A program made the position numbers and the translations under genes. 64,000 nucleotides of DNA, from NCBI RefSeq assembly GCF_009914755.1, contig NC_060926.1; one strand, written 5' to 3'. The DNA is from the human T2T-CHM13v2.0 reference genome, Homo sapiens. A model generated the notes under the pieces. That model had not been told where the DNA came from. It was given only the letters and a program-made list of their open reading frames with translations, and searched no databases. Shown piece after piece: positions 14,399 through 31,600 of this stretch (position 1 is its first letter; each line of letters opens with the position of its first letter).

Positions 14399-16827
14399 TT
14401 ATTTTTAAAGTAATAAAATGATGTGATCAGTGATTTGTTATTATTTAAACATCCAAAATATTTTTGTTAAAGCAGACACATTGCTTGGGGTGTTTTTCCC
14501 TTTGGGCTATTTTATTCTTTTGCTACTGCTTGTTTAGGGACTTGAACAGCTTAAAAGGTTTGGTGATGAAAACAGAGATCCCCTTCATATTTACCAGGAA
14601 ACACTTAATGGAGGACACTGATGTCTTTGAAAGTGCTCTGTTTATGCTATATACTTCAGTACCGGAAAGTAAAACAACACCCTTGGGACACTAAGCCTTT
14701 CCCTTGTCCAGGTTAATGTGATCTCCAAATTTGACGTTGCAAATTAAAGCCAATCAAAGATGTTGAAATAGACCCTGAGAAACATCTTTTTGCTGCATCT
14801 AAATGGGAAGATTTGTCCCAAATTATTGCACTGGTGGCTCCCCAGCTATGCAAAACACAATTAATATTTCCTCTACTCAGAGAGAGAACTCAAATCACTA
14901 AATTATCTGTCTCTTATTTCGTTTGAAAGCTTATCAAGGTAGCAAAGTGAATGAATGTTTATCTGTGGAAGCCACCACAGTTTGTTTTCTTTCTAATATC
15001 TCAGAGAGATGCAGAATCATCTATATGCTCCTTGTCCCTCAAAGGAATACAAAAGAACGTACTTCATATTTCATTTGGGTTTCTCTAATATATCCAGAAC
15101 ACACATTCTCTAAATCCTACTTCAACAGAAATCTCCTTTAAAAAAAAATCCACTTTGTATCTTTCAAATATAAGGTTAAAATAGTTTTTTCCAAATGTTC
15201 AGTTAATGAAAAGCATTTTTTTTTGAGGAAGTGGCACAAAATACCCAATTATATTTTACATGACATCAGTATAGCGTAGACTCTCAGTGACTCATCTGAC
15301 CCCAGAGAAAGGGGACTCTAGCATAAATGTGGGATGGAGAGATTGGATATTTTTTCAATATCATATTTAGAGCATGGTTTCCATCCCTTCTATCTGACCA
15401 GCCCATTTCCCTGGGGCCTGCCAGTGGGCTGCACGGTGGGTCAGTCACATGATAGGGATGACTTTATATTTGTCCTTCAGTATTGTTCAGAGGAACAGTA
15501 ATTAAAGAATGATTGATCTAAGTTCTGAAGCAATCCTAGAGAGTGGAATTTTCAAACCCTGGAAATATATACTTAAATATTCTGAATTTAATCATACTGA
15601 GATTAATGTTGGCAGCAGATGAAATCAGTCCATATCGTTTTCCTTAGAGGGAATAAAACATTGGCATTGCTAGTCAAACTAATACATCTTTGGTCCTGAG
15701 TCACTGATTTACTTGAAGTCTGGAATATTTACATTGGATGAATGAACAATATAAATGAAAACGCAGCTGTACATATGGGCCAACAAACATCAATAATTTA
15801 ATTATTTTCCTCCATAGCAGATAGAGAGAAATAACTTATGGGGCCAATGGGAACATTAAAATAAACTTGTCTCTCTTGGCTAGTAAATCTGAAGAAAATA
15901 CTTTACCTCTGCCAGGGCAATATTCCTAGAAAAGCTTTCTTAAGCCCAAGTAAGTTTAACACTCCTTCAAATGTCATGGTCTAATCATGTGCAAAGACTC
16001 CTCTATAATTCCGTGATTCTCTAGCGAGGGACAGGGAAAAATACTTTCCTTTGGTTTGTAAAGAATGGAGGTTTAACACAAATTAAGGAATATTGATGGA
16101 AGATAATCTTCCAGTTCTTCCACTTTACTATTTATACACCACTGTACAAAGTTTGTAATATTACCTTTGTCCTTGGGAATAGCTAAATGACTTTCCAAAG
16201 TCCATAAATACCAGTTGGGGAAATTTGTATTCAGAGGAGTAAAAGAAAAAAATGGAAATGGATTTGACAAGCATAATAACATCTGCTAGGTTTGGAAAAT
16301 ATGATTTTCCTCAAGTCATTTTATGTAATTTACATCCAAGCTTAGAATAATGTTCCAATTTATTAGGCTGTGTTGTAGTTCCAGTTATATTTTATTTTTT
16401 AACAGTAGGATCAGTTTTACATATAATCTTACTAATCTGCACAGAACTTTTTATTTTAATAAAAATTAAATAATTTTACTTTGGCACTTTTTATAGAAAA
16501 TAGCAAAAATTTTAATTGCAAAAGAGCAAAGAGCTATAAACTAGCACATGGTTAAAATATGACTGGGGAGCTCGTGTGACTTTGAAGCTGAGCATTCATT
16601 AGTACTTGGGATTACCTCCCAAGAACACAGTACCTTACACCACCACCAAAAATATATACCACATACATGTATTTGATGGGAATGATTCGTGAATGGTCTA
16701 CTCACAAGGCTTTCTGCTCTCCCAAACTGTGACCAGATGGATTATATGCAGATAATGGAATAAATTTAACTTGCAAGTTGTTTTGGGATCATGAAAAGGA
16801 TATGGAAAAGAGGATAATACCACATTG

Positions 16828-16955
16828 CTGGTTTCCAGTTCTAGTTCATCCACCTACGAATCTGGACAAGTCCTGGTCTCTCTGACCCCTTTGGTTTTCT
16901 TATCTGTGACTTGTGAGTAGTAATACCTGAGAGGATTTTTATAAGAATCAAGTGT
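16828..16955 (+). mobile_element. MIR fragment
   Basis: TGGACAAGTC...CTCTCTGACCCC...GTTTTCTTATCTGTGA...TAATACCT core-like sequence. Confidence 0.55.
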
Positions 16956-17164
16956 ACAAGTTATAATTAAGGTACAGTCTACCAAAACCAGAAAGATTAA
17001 TTTTTCGCTACACAAACAGATATTTAGGGAGAAGAAGTAAGCATTCTTTCATAATCCAAAATATTAACAGATATACAGGTAACATTTTTCAATATAAGAA
17101 GCCTAATCCATTGTCTGCATTGATACCAATGTCAGAGCTTTCAACTTGTTAACTGTGAAGAACA

Positions 17165-18052
17165 CTTGAAACTCAATAGTAAGAAAATAACCCAATTAAA
17201 AAATGAACAAAAGAAAAAATATAGGCAAAAGACTTGAACATTTTACCAAAGAAGGTATACAGATAGATGGCAAATAAGCACATGAAAAGATGTTCAACAT
17301 CATCAGTCATTAGAGAAGCACAAATTAAAATCACAATGAGGTATTACTATACACCTATAAAAATGGTTAACCCTCTTTAGAATTCAAATACCAAGTACTG
17401 AGGCGAATGCAGATCAACTGGGACTCTCATACATTGCTGGTGAAATGCAAGGTAGAACAACTACTCTGGAAAAGAGTTTTGCAGTTTCTTAATAATGTTT
17501 TACTAAAAGTTATATATACACTTACCAGAAGTCCACCTCTGGGATTTACCCCAGAGAAATGAAAATTGATGTTCACACAAAAATCTATACATGAATGTTT
17601 ATAGCAGTTCTATTCATAATTGCTAAAACTCAAAATATTCTATATGTGCTTTAGTGAGTAAATGAATAAACAGTGGTACATCCATTCATACCATGGAATA
17701 CTACTCACCAATAACAAGAAAAGAACTATTGATACACAAAACAAAGGATTTATGCTGAGTGAAAGAAACTAGTCCCTAAAGGTTACATGCTGTAAAATTC
17801 CATGTGTATGACATTACCCAAAATAAAAAACTATAATGTTTGAGAACGAGTAAGTGGTTACCAGGCCTTAAGAGTGGATGACATTGTGTCTCTAAGGGGG
17901 AAGCACAAGGAAGTTTGTGGGGTGGTGGAACTGTTCTGTATCCTAATCGTGGTAGTGGTTACACAAATCTAGACATGTGTTAAGATCAATAGTGCTGTAC
18001 ACAAGAAAAACTGAATTTTACTCTATGAAAAATTTCAAAGTAAAATTTAAAA
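17165..18052 (+). mobile_element. Old L1 (L1MC/L1MD-like) 3' end
   Basis: GATGGCAAATAAGCACATGAAAAGATGTTCAACATC, CATACATTGCTGGTG and CATGGAATACTACTCA match the L1 ORF2 C-terminus/3' UTR. Confidence 0.85.
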
Positions 18053-18568
18053 GGGACACTGTATATCAGTCTACTATTGAAGAATGTTTAGGATTCTTCA
18101 CTTTGTACTGAATAAAATTCAAACTTCAAGGCAATTTTTCCTCCTCCACCTTCTACCACTTCTCTCATCTTCCCTCAGTACATAATGATCAACAGGCAGT
18201 TAATTAATACTTGTGTATTTAAGTCTCAGATTTTACATTTACATAATGATGAAATGTATCTAACATGAAATTTTAAACAGATGTCTTCTCTATACAATTC
18301 TAATTATTCAAATATTTGCAAACATCTGGATGGACAATTTTTTTCACTGTCTCTAGATATTTGGCACTTTTCCAACATTGAAGTTTTTGCATATTAATAT
18401 TTCCAGTCCCTAAAGGAAAAGTAGTTTTTCATGTCAAATGAATTATTGCATTTATGTCTCAATGTCTACAAAGTTGGTCAATATCCTCAGTTCAATGTTT
18501 CTGAATCATTACCTATATTTGCATGCTCAGAACCAGGAAAGTCACACTGTTAGAATTTATATTGATAA

Positions 18569-18786
18569 CTCTCTCTCTCTCTTTCTATACATATATGTAT
18601 ACATACACACACATATATACATATATACATATATATACACACACATATATACATATATACACACATATATACATATATACATATATACACATATATACAC
18701 ATATATACATATATACATATATACGCATATATATACACACTGTATATATATATGTGTGTGTGTATATATATACATACACATATATC
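18569..18786. repeat. (CT)n followed by ~200 bp of degenerate (TA/CA)n alternating purine-pyrimidine simple repeat
   Basis: Directly visible; explains the overlapping Y/I/H/T-rich ORFs at 18438-18806. Confidence 0.95.
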
Positions 18787-20944
18787 ACCCTATATTAAAC
18801 TATTGAAAATCTGGTATAAGTTAACATTTGGGGGTATTCCTAGCCTCCTACCCTGTGCCTTTCTTTCCTGTGAACTATCACCTTCACCCATAAATTTAAT
18901 TTCTAGCAGGTAGCCATCTGTATATCTTCCAACTGACTTTTCAAAGTTATGTTCAAGAGCGATAACTAAGAAGTAATGTGTTGATTGGACCCGAGTGATT
19001 ACCAAAGAATCTTGACTAGAAAAACTGACAACTGAACAAAAAATTCAGTACTCTTTCAATTCCACATAACATGATCACAATAATCTTGCCAAAAGCAAAA
19101 CTACATTTTAAAATAATGTGGATTGTCTTAGAAAGCAGTCAAGGGGAAATGTTCAAGGGTAATAGCAGGGTCCAGCAGGACAAATGGGATGTGGGCAGGT
19201 AGGGAGTTCTCCCTATGTCCCTGTGGAAATCACGCACCCATGTGTAATTTTATCCTTGAGAAGTTATTCAAGGGAACTGGACACATATCCTGACCCCAAA
19301 ATATCCATTTTGCTAACTTCCCAAGGCCTAAAATACAACCACAAATTACTTGTCACTTTTAGTCTAGAGAAAATAATGAAGTAAAAAAGGCATGGGCCCT
19401 GACTCCAATGGGTCTGATAAGTTAGAAAACGAAAACTCTTCTGTTTGAAATAATTCATGAACAAATAAAGGTACAGTTCCACAGGAAAAGATCCACAAAC
19501 AGGAGGAAATCAGAGATAATGGAAGAGTGGAAAGTATTCAAAAGCTTTTGATAAGAACCTAGGCTTGGTCTGTGCCTTGAGTAACTAACATACAGAGAGG
19601 AAACAGCAGTTCATTCTGGAAAAATGGATTGAACACAGGGTGCCAACAGGTATGGCACCACAACTTCATTAGCTTTGAGTATAGCCCATCATTACAATAT
19701 ATGTTTTTACTTACAAAATTTTTAACAAAATATTTTCAATATTTTTCTCTGATGCTATCCAAGAAAGGAGCAATGAGAAGGGAAGGCAGATTTTCTTCCT
19801 CTCAAATCTAATTTATGCATTTGACCTTTCTCCTTGAGAGTTGAAGCAGACTTCATAACCCAGGAAAAGAGGCAGGACATTGATGTTCTAAACAAATGAC
19901 TAACTTATCCCTGTTTCCTTTACCTGAAATACCGGAATATAATGTTAAATACAAAAGTATATTACCAGCAAAGCTTAAACAAATGTTATGTGCATTTTAA
20001 AACCAAGAGTAAATGGTTCTTGTCTTAAATACAGTCTAAATACTGTCAAATTGTCTAGAAGACGTAGTTTTTCCTTACAGCCCTAGGATGCTGGGAAAAT
20101 TGCTATACTATCTTACATATATATTCTTGAATTAACAGACAGAAACACAAACATACACACACAAAACACACAACTGAAATAAAACACAAGAAAGCTAGAA
20201 CCCTTGATTTAAAAAAAGAAAAAAATGTATTTCCTGCCTGCTGTATGCAGTAGTAATTTTAAATATAGATACATGGTATCTAGAGCAAGGGAAACATTTA
20301 TAGCAGAACTGAAACTGGGAGAATTTCCAGGAGACTAAGTGTGGGACTTTTTTGGTTTTTATTTTTTTTTTTCTTTTCTCAGAAAGGACAGTGTATTTTA
20401 GAATTCCCAAGAAGAAAGGTCAAATGAGAAAATTACTTTCAAGAGGGGGGAAATCTGCTTTCCCTTCTAATCTTGTTTCTTTTTTGGACAGCATCAGAGA
20501 AAAAAATGTTGAAAATATTTTATTAAAAGTGTTGTAAGTAAAAACATATATTGTAATTATGGGCTACATTCAAAGCCAATTTGGGGTTAAAGTCTGGTAA
20601 TCTCAAGGAAGTCATGGGCCTTTAAAGTAAAACAAAGTTTGTACTAGTCTAACTTGCCATCTAGCAAACTATTGAGACTTGCCATCAAAGAAGTCAAAAG
20701 TAAAAAAGTTACATATCCTTTTATCTTTACAGAAAGATTTTATTTGCTAAACAAGAAAACTGAGAAGAATAAACTTAAAGTTTCTAAAAGAAATTCAAGA
20801 ATCCCAAAGAAATAAGCTTAAACTATTGTTATAGAATTGCTGAATATTAGATTAATATGTATGAAATATTTATATTTGTACTTATAATCCAAAATATTTA
20901 TACCCCTGCAAAGTAATTGCAGATATGAAGTGAAGTGGCAGAGT

Positions 20945-21493
20945 ATAATAGTTTCCTATTTCTGTGTAACAACCCCCCAAATTTAGTGGCTTATAACACT
21001 TATTTTCTAACCATTTTTGAGTCAGAAATCCTGGTACTACTTGACTGGAACCCAGTTTCAGATTATCTCACAGGCTGCAATCAAGGTACTGCAGTGGGCT
21101 GCAGTCATCTCAAGGCTTGACTGGGGAAGGATCCTTTTCATAGCTCACTTACATCACTGTTGGCAGGAATTACTTCCTCAAGGCTGTTGGCTAGAGGCTG
21201 CCCTCTGTCCCTTGCCATGTGGACCTTTCTAGAGGGCAGCTCACACATAGAAGCTTGTTTCATCAAAGCAAGCAAGTAAGAAGATACAAGGAGAGAGTCA
21301 AAACATGATGGAAGCTCCAGGCTTTTATAATCTAATCCCTCAAGCAACACCCATCACTTCTGCCATATGCTATTTATCAGATGTGAGTTACCGGGTCCAG
21401 TTAACACAAAGAGAGGGTATTACACACAAGGGCCTGAATGAGAGACTCAGGGCAGAGATCAATGGGAACTACCTTGAATGCTGTATGCAATAC
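20945..21493 (-). mobile_element. MLT1 (MLT1F-like) MaLR solo LTR
   Basis: TTTCCTATTTCTGTGTAACAA..CCCCAAATTTAGTGGCTT and GGGCTGCAGTCATCTCAAGGCTTGACTGGGGAAGGATCC are typical antisense MLT1 motifs. Confidence 0.75.
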
Positions 21494-21739
21494 AAGGTTT
21501 GATAAAGTACTTAAAAATGGATAACCATAAGTTGGTTGCAGATATATATATATAAATATATATATATACACACACATAAAATGGAGGAATACTTTTCTTC
21601 TCGTAACCATTAATGTTTCTGCTTTTAACAGAGTCAATTTTAAATATAAATGACATGAAATGTCAAATTGAATTAATCTTATCAACCTAACATTTAAATA
21701 ATGCTTCTTTGCTTGAAATGTTATCTCATACTGAAAGTA

Positions 21740-22078
21740 TAGTCATCCCTCTCAGCATTCATTGTGTATTGGTTCTAGGACTCCTATAGATACCAAAATT
21801 CATGCTCAAGTCCCTTATCACTTGGCTAAGTATTTGCATGTAACCTATGCACATCCTCTGGAATACTTGAAATCATGTCTATATTATGTACAATACCAAA
21901 TTCAATGTAAATGGTATGTTAATAGTTGTTATACTGTATTGATTAGGGGATATGGCAAGGAAAAAAGATCTGTACACATTCAGTACAGACACAGCCATCC
22001 ATTTTTTTTCCAAATATTTTTGATCTATAGTGAGTTGAATCCATGGATGCAGAACCCACATATATGGAGGGCTGACTG
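21740..22078 (+). mobile_element. MER2 (TcMar-Tigger MITE)
   Basis: ~340 bp; TIRs TAGTCATCCCTC / GAGGGCTGACTG; TA on both flanks (21738-21739, 22079-22080); internal sequence colinear with recalled MER2. Confidence 0.9.
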
Positions 22079-22189
22079 TATAAGGGTTCTTACAAATGTT
22101 GCAGATTATTAGATCAGTATTCACTTTTTTGAAAAGAAATAATGATATTTTGGCCTCATAATTATGAAAAAAATGATTTTTATGTTTAT

Positions 22190-22616
22190 GTAGTAGGCTG
22201 TGTGTTTTGTTCAGTTTGTTGTTCACTCCTCATGCTTGCCATGCCTTGGGAGTGTAATATTATTCCCAACTCTACTACCTTGAGCTTGGCCTTATGATTT
22301 GCTTTGACTAGTGAAACGACAGCAGGCTGGCTCCAAGCACATGCCGTAAGGGGTATTGCAAAATTTTACTTCCCTTTAAGTATCTACCCTCCAGCCTGAA
22401 AACATGTTCTATGCTCCTTGAGACCTGTTCCCAGAATGAGAACACTTGGAGCAGACTGGAACTTCTCCTGAATCCTGGAACTAAATAAATCCAGCTTAGG
22501 CCAGACAACGTATGCCCAGCCACAAGCAATAGTCAGGCCGTATGCAAGAAGGAAATGCTCCTTGTTAGACACTGAGATTTGAGGTTCCTTATTTTACAGC
22601 AAAAGCTTACTAAAAC
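22190..22616 (+). mobile_element. MLT1H/I-like MaLR solo LTR
   Basis: TTGAGCTTGGCCTTATGATTTGCTTTGAC and terminal CACTGAGATTTGAGGTT...TTACAGCAAAAGCT. Confidence 0.6.
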
Positions 22617-23191
22617 GCTTGATTGATTTAAAAAAAGAAAGTAAGGCCACAACCTTTAGAAGCAGATCATCAACAATTTCTAAACCATCCATACTGGGAT
22701 TAAGTCTTCCATTCTAACATTATCACTTACGTCACAAAGTGCTATCTGACCTTCAACAAGTTAGTCTCAACTTCTCTGAGTCACAGTTTCCTTAAAAGAA
22801 TTCAATGAAATAGATCTGAAAGCATCTAACAGAGCCCTGGAATATAGTAGGTACCAACTGATGCTTGTTTTATTTTCTGATAATTAAGTCCAACACAACA
22901 CATTGAAAATAAATGTAGAAATTTGAAAGGAGTTAAAGCAGAAAATATTACTATAAATAATTAAACTGATTTGGCCAGAAATTTCAGAAATCCAAAAATT
23001 TTAATTGTAATTAAATAGGTGTCTGACTCATTTGTAGAGGTGATAAAAACTTAAGATCAAGAAAATGAGCTCAATAAGAATTCTTCCTACAGAGATTAAT
23101 GCTATTTCCAACCTAGTAAATTCTCATTTAATAAAAACTCTACACATTAAGAATTTGTGCTAATCTAATTTGGATAAGGGTAAAATTTACG

Positions 23192-23345
23192 TTTCTTTCT
23201 TTTTGTCTACTTTCATTTTAGGTTTCCGTGGTTCACGTGCAGGTTTGTTACATGGGAAAGTTGTGTGTCACTGGGATTTGATGTACAAATGATCCTGTCA
23301 CCTAGGTAGGGAGGATAGTACCCCATAGGTAGCCTTCTAATTCAC
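23192..23345 (-). mobile_element. L1PA13-16/L1PB-like 3' end fragment
   Basis: CACGTGCAGGTTTGTTACATGGG...GTACAAATGATCCTGTCACCTAGGTAG. Confidence 0.7.
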
Positions 23346-23439
23346 ATCTTTCTTTTTAAACTGAATATTTAAAAGCATCCAAAAAGAGTGTAATCAAGCT
23401 TAGAGGGTTTGCTGAATCTACTAACATTATTTAGTTTTT

Positions 23440-23805
23440 TGTTAAAATATGCTATGGCAACAGACAACTAGTAGCTTAGAAAATCAAAAATGTATTTGCC
23501 ACTGTTACTTATCAGATGTGAGTTGGCTGCAGCTCTTTCTGTGCATATATTTTATGTCCTTATCTGAGAATGCTGTTCTTGTGATAGAGAAGTAAAAAGC
23601 AATGGTGAAACCCCAGGATGCTTCCTAAAGTTTCCGCAGGAGCAAGGATTATATCACTCATACTTACACTGCATTGAGCAGAGCAAGTCATGCAATCAAA
23701 ACCTGACACCAGTGAAGTGAGTGACCCCCAAAGACAAGCCCTGTATGGCTGGGCCTAGTATAGAGGGAAAGCAAGTAATTAGGAACAATAATGCAATCCA
23801 CTAAA
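23440..23805 (-). mobile_element. Old MLT1 (J/K-like) LTR fragment
   Basis: CATTGAGCAGAGCAAGTCATG and GAACAATAATGCAATC resemble antisense MLT1J motifs; highly diverged. Confidence 0.45.
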
Positions 23806-24550
23806 CCAATTAAGAGAATCTGTATTTTAAAAGATTTAGCACACCAATTATCTATATGCAAATAGATGCTGCTAATCATGACAGCTTTTTATTAGTAACT
23901 AATAAAAAGGATCTCTACCTAAAACACTTTAATAATAAATTCAAGTAATTGAAAATGTTTGAAATAATAAAACCATAGTTAACTGAAATATAATTTCTAC
24001 TTTTCATTAATTTGGACTGGTCAGATCATCAATTGGCCTGACTTTGTGATGCTTTATTACATAAAGTTCAAAAAATAGAATATCACTATTGACTTAAAAT
24101 AAAATTAGCTTAAGTAATATCCCCAAATCAAAACATTTCTGGTAAAACTGAAACTAGAATAAGTGAATTTTTTGAAGTTAGGCAACTCCCTCTATTTTAT
24201 CATGAGCAAGTACATGTGTGCATCAACCATTCTCTGTTCTGTCTTTTTTGTAATCACTGTGCTCTGGTGCTTTGGGGGGAAGGAACCGTGATGTGCTGGA
24301 GCAGTTTGTAACAGCTTGTGAGAGTTATTTTGTTAATTTTTCAGGAAATATACAAAGTGGTGATGAAGCATATTTTTTAAAAATTATATAAATTTTAATT
24401 AAATTATATTGAAAGCAAAGGCAATGAATCCTCAAAAGTCATCACTTCCTAATTATTTTATTATAAATGTATATTTTCACATTATACTCTAATCTGTGCT
24501 CCAGATTATTTACATCTGTTGTAGTTGTATACAGAAAAGTTATATAATGA

Positions 24551-25220
24551 TGATTCAGGAGACAGAAACTATTTAGGCAGAGAGTAAGGGCAACATAGTC
24601 CTCAGTGGAACTTCCCTTTTAACAAAAATCAGCCCCCAAATTACTTCTTTTCTAACAAAGAGCAGCCTGAAAATTCAAGCTTCAAACAGATAAGCAAGCT
24701 GGAAGCTTGTATGGATTAATGCTGGGAGCTGTGCCAACAGAAAGGCACTATCTGGGGGCCAGGTAAGTTCAACATGGTGGCTCTATTTTCCCTTTTCTTT
24801 GTCACCATGTGTACAGTAAAGGAACAGGAAACATGGCACAAGCCAGGCAGAGAACCTATCTGCATAATAAAAGATTAGGATGGGGCAAGCCAGATTTATG
24901 TGCTCTATGCAAATGGCACACCTAGCCCTAACGAGTTTTTCCTGCCCTATGCAAATGACACACCTGGTCCAAGCAATCTTTCATGCCCTGGGTAAATCAG
25001 ACACCACCTCTTCAAGCTCATCTATAAAGCCTGCTACATTTCACCATGGAACCAGCAACCCATTTCTCCAGGACCCCTCTCTGTGGTAGAGAGCTCTTCT
25101 CTTTCTTTTGCCTATTAAGCTTCCACTCTGGACCTCACTCTTTGTATGTCTGTGTCATATTTTCCATGGCCATAAAACAATGAATCTTGGTTATTTATCC
25201 CAGACAATGACCCCACTTCA
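24551..25220 (+). repeat. 5' LTR (LTR9-like)
   Basis: TGATTCAGGAGACAGAAA...CCCAGACAATGACCCCACTTCA; colinear with 32761-33733; TATAAA at 25024. Confidence 0.9.
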
Positions 25221-25223
25221 TTT

Positions 25224-25241
25224 TAGAGGCCTGTCCAGGAT
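25224..25241 (+). promoter_or_regulatory. Degenerate primer-binding site, tRNA-Pro
   Basis: TAGAGGCCTGTCCAGGAT matches 13/18 of TGGGGGCTCGTCCGGGAT, immediately after the LTR. Confidence 0.65.
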
Positions 25242-26644
25242 CCAAAGTAGATTCACTGGAAGGGTGAGTATAGGAGCAAACCCCAACCCTTTCCTGTCAT
25301 TTTGAGGCCTCTATCCTCCATTTTAAAATCAAATCACACACTTGGCCCCCTTCAGCCATTTAAAAATGGTTAGTGTGGCTGCCAACCTTACAAGACTCAG
25401 GGGACAGGCTTGCCAGGGAGAAATTAGCAAACCCCTCAGTGCCCTAAGGATACTGGGAATATTGGCTTTGTTTTGAACCAGTTTTCTTTCATGGAGAGCC
25501 TAGCCATCACATGGGGCTGGAAGAGGTGCAGGGGCAACTGAGGGTTCCTGGCCAGGGCCACACCATGGTGTTACCTGAAGGTTCCTGGACTAACCCCAGC
25601 CTCCAGCAGCCTGATGGGTGTCAGCAACAGGATCTCCAAGCTTCTTCTATCATAAATTTCCTCCTTTCCTATCAACTAATGCCATGTGTCCTATCCCCTC
25701 TCCATATGCAATGCTATGGGAATTTTTACAGTTCAGGAAAGTAATCTTGCTAGGCAAGATCAACAAACGCTGTAATAACCAGAAATATAGCTCAAAGGAT
25801 TGCCATTTTTGTGATTTTCTAGGAACAGAGGACTTGCCCAACCCAAAAGTGAGGGTCTCTCTCTCTACCCTTGGTCTTGATAGCCCATGGTATTTCAAGA
25901 CCTACCCCACCACCTAGTGGAATAGGAATCCTCTCCATGAGGCACATTGTCGGTTCCTTTGCCAGAACAATCTAGTTTCCCAATTCTCCTCCCTTTTTGT
26001 GCCCCTCTACAAGAGACCAGGCTTTATGCTTCTTCTGAGAATAAGAAAACTCAACAATGAGGAGGAAAATGTCCTCCCAAACCAAATTTTAATCTCAATA
26101 CTGTCCCATCAGCAGGAAAACTGCCATTCAGTACCTATGTTCTTTAAGGCACCCCTTCTGCCTCCAATTAAAATAGTACTTAAACAGTAAGGCAATTTTA
26201 TGTCCAGAAGTTAACCAGAGCCACTGCCTAAGAATAAATACTTTAGTCCAGGCCATAATAGCAGATTATACAGCTCAACCCAGTACAGTGCCTCCATTAA
26301 AGGGCCTTGCCCAAATGCAACTATTGCATAGTCTTTCCCGAGATCCATCTATCAGGGAGCTATGCAGATCACACAAGTCTAGGAAGTCAAAGGGAAATCA
26401 CCAAGGGAGAACTGTTGTTGCATGGGTGAGTGTGACACATCCCAAATACTTAGCTCCTCTGGATCCATGATGGAGGTTCATGCCTGCGTCTATGGGCAGC
26501 ACCTTTAACAGATGACAGGGCTCGGGGAACCAAGGAGGGAAAACAGTTGGGGGGACGTCCCCACTGTCTTCCCCTCCACACTAAGCCACTCCAAAGGAAA
26601 GGAAGGAGACTAAAGGGGAGGCTTTTTCTTGCTTCTCTTTCTAG

Positions 26645-27990
26645 GTGTAATAGACCATCTTCAGCCTGAAGCCTTCTGAAATGTATTCTGAAGCACTCAG
26701 ACTCCTGTGAACCTGAAACTCTGCTTTTGGACAAGGGTATGGCCTTCTTACTAGACCTTTGCTAGTGTTTCACAATCAACTCAGCTCTTTAAGCAATCAT
26801 AACAAGCAGGCCCATAGGGAAGGATTCCCCAAAACTAGAGAAGCAACTTCTGGGAAAACCATCTGAGGTAGCTATTGAGTGTCCAGGCCCTTCTTGACCC
26901 TTTTATCTGAGGCCTCCTCCAACCATATCATCAGCTTCTCTAGCTCCACCATCTCCAAAACTCTCCGCTCCCCAACATCACTCTTACCCCAACAGGAAAT
27001 GCCCAATGGAAAGTGATGCCACTAGGGTTCAAGTTCCCTTCTCATTGTAGGACCTTAGGTAAATAAAGGGAAACTTACGCTGATTTTCTGATGACTCCAA
27101 TATGATATAGAAGATTTCCAAAATTTAACTCAGGTGTTTGACCTCTCATGATGTGGTGTTACACTGCTCCTAAGCCAAAACCTACTCATAGCTGAAAACA
27201 GGCATTTCTTCAAGTAGCAGAGAAATTCAGAGATGAGCAGTATGTCCCCTATAGCATGCAAAAAAAAAAAAAAAAAGAGAAAATAGGGAAAGCGAAGAAA
27301 TAGGGGAACCATCATTCCCAATAGGAAGGAGAGGCAGTACCTCTTGACCCTGATTGGAAACCCCAATGACTCCACAGAAGAATGGAAAGGGAAAAATGTT
27401 TTAATGTGCATATTGCAGGGCCTACAAAGTACTAGGTCCAAACCTCTTAACTATTTTAAACTGTCCAAGATAGACCAAAAGCCAAATGAGAATCCCATGG
27501 ACTTAATGGAAAGGCTGAAAGAGACACTAATAAAACACACCTCCTTATCCCCTGATTCAGTCAAGGGACAGTTCATCCTAAAGAACAAGTTTATTACATA
27601 CAGCTCCTGATATTAGAAGGAGACTGCAAAAGTAGGCCATAGGACCAGATAGGACCTTGGAAAATCTCCTGAGGGTGGCCACCTTTGTCTTTTATTATAC
27701 AGACCAGGAGGAGGCCCAGGAAAAAGAGAGGAAACACGAGAGAAAGACAGAGGCTCCAGTAGGGCTTTGCAGGCTTGCAAACTACAGGATGGCCGAGGTA
27801 GATCCACTAGTTGCTACCAGTTTGGCAAGTCAGGTCACCTTAAGAAGGACTCTTGCACTCCAGGCAGCAAGAGGAAGCCATCTTGACCCTGTCCAGCCTG
27901 TGGCAGGGACCACTGGAGATCAGACTGCCCCTGGAGATGTAGGTCACTGGGTTCAGAAACAGTCTCATAGATGGTCCAATAGAACTGATG
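26645..27990 (+). pseudogene. gag: ERV gag remnant (stops and frameshifts)
   Basis: LKCILKH near the start; MHR-like IDQKPNENPMDLMERLKETL; Cys/His knuckles CYQxGKSGH (27812) and CPACGRDHWRSDC (27889-27928). Confidence 0.85.

Positions 27991-31600
<3,610 letters not shown>

Noticed and set aside
18438-18806. Five overlapping ORFs rich in Y/I/H/T/C/V
   Set aside because: Artefact of the (TA/CA)n simple repeat.
14560-19330. Scattered minus-strand peptides vaguely like DCX/DCDC1 repeats (e.g. LKEC*TYLGL, SSLE*LLKD)
   Set aside because: Need several stops or frameshifts and rest on memory; too weak to assign a gene name.
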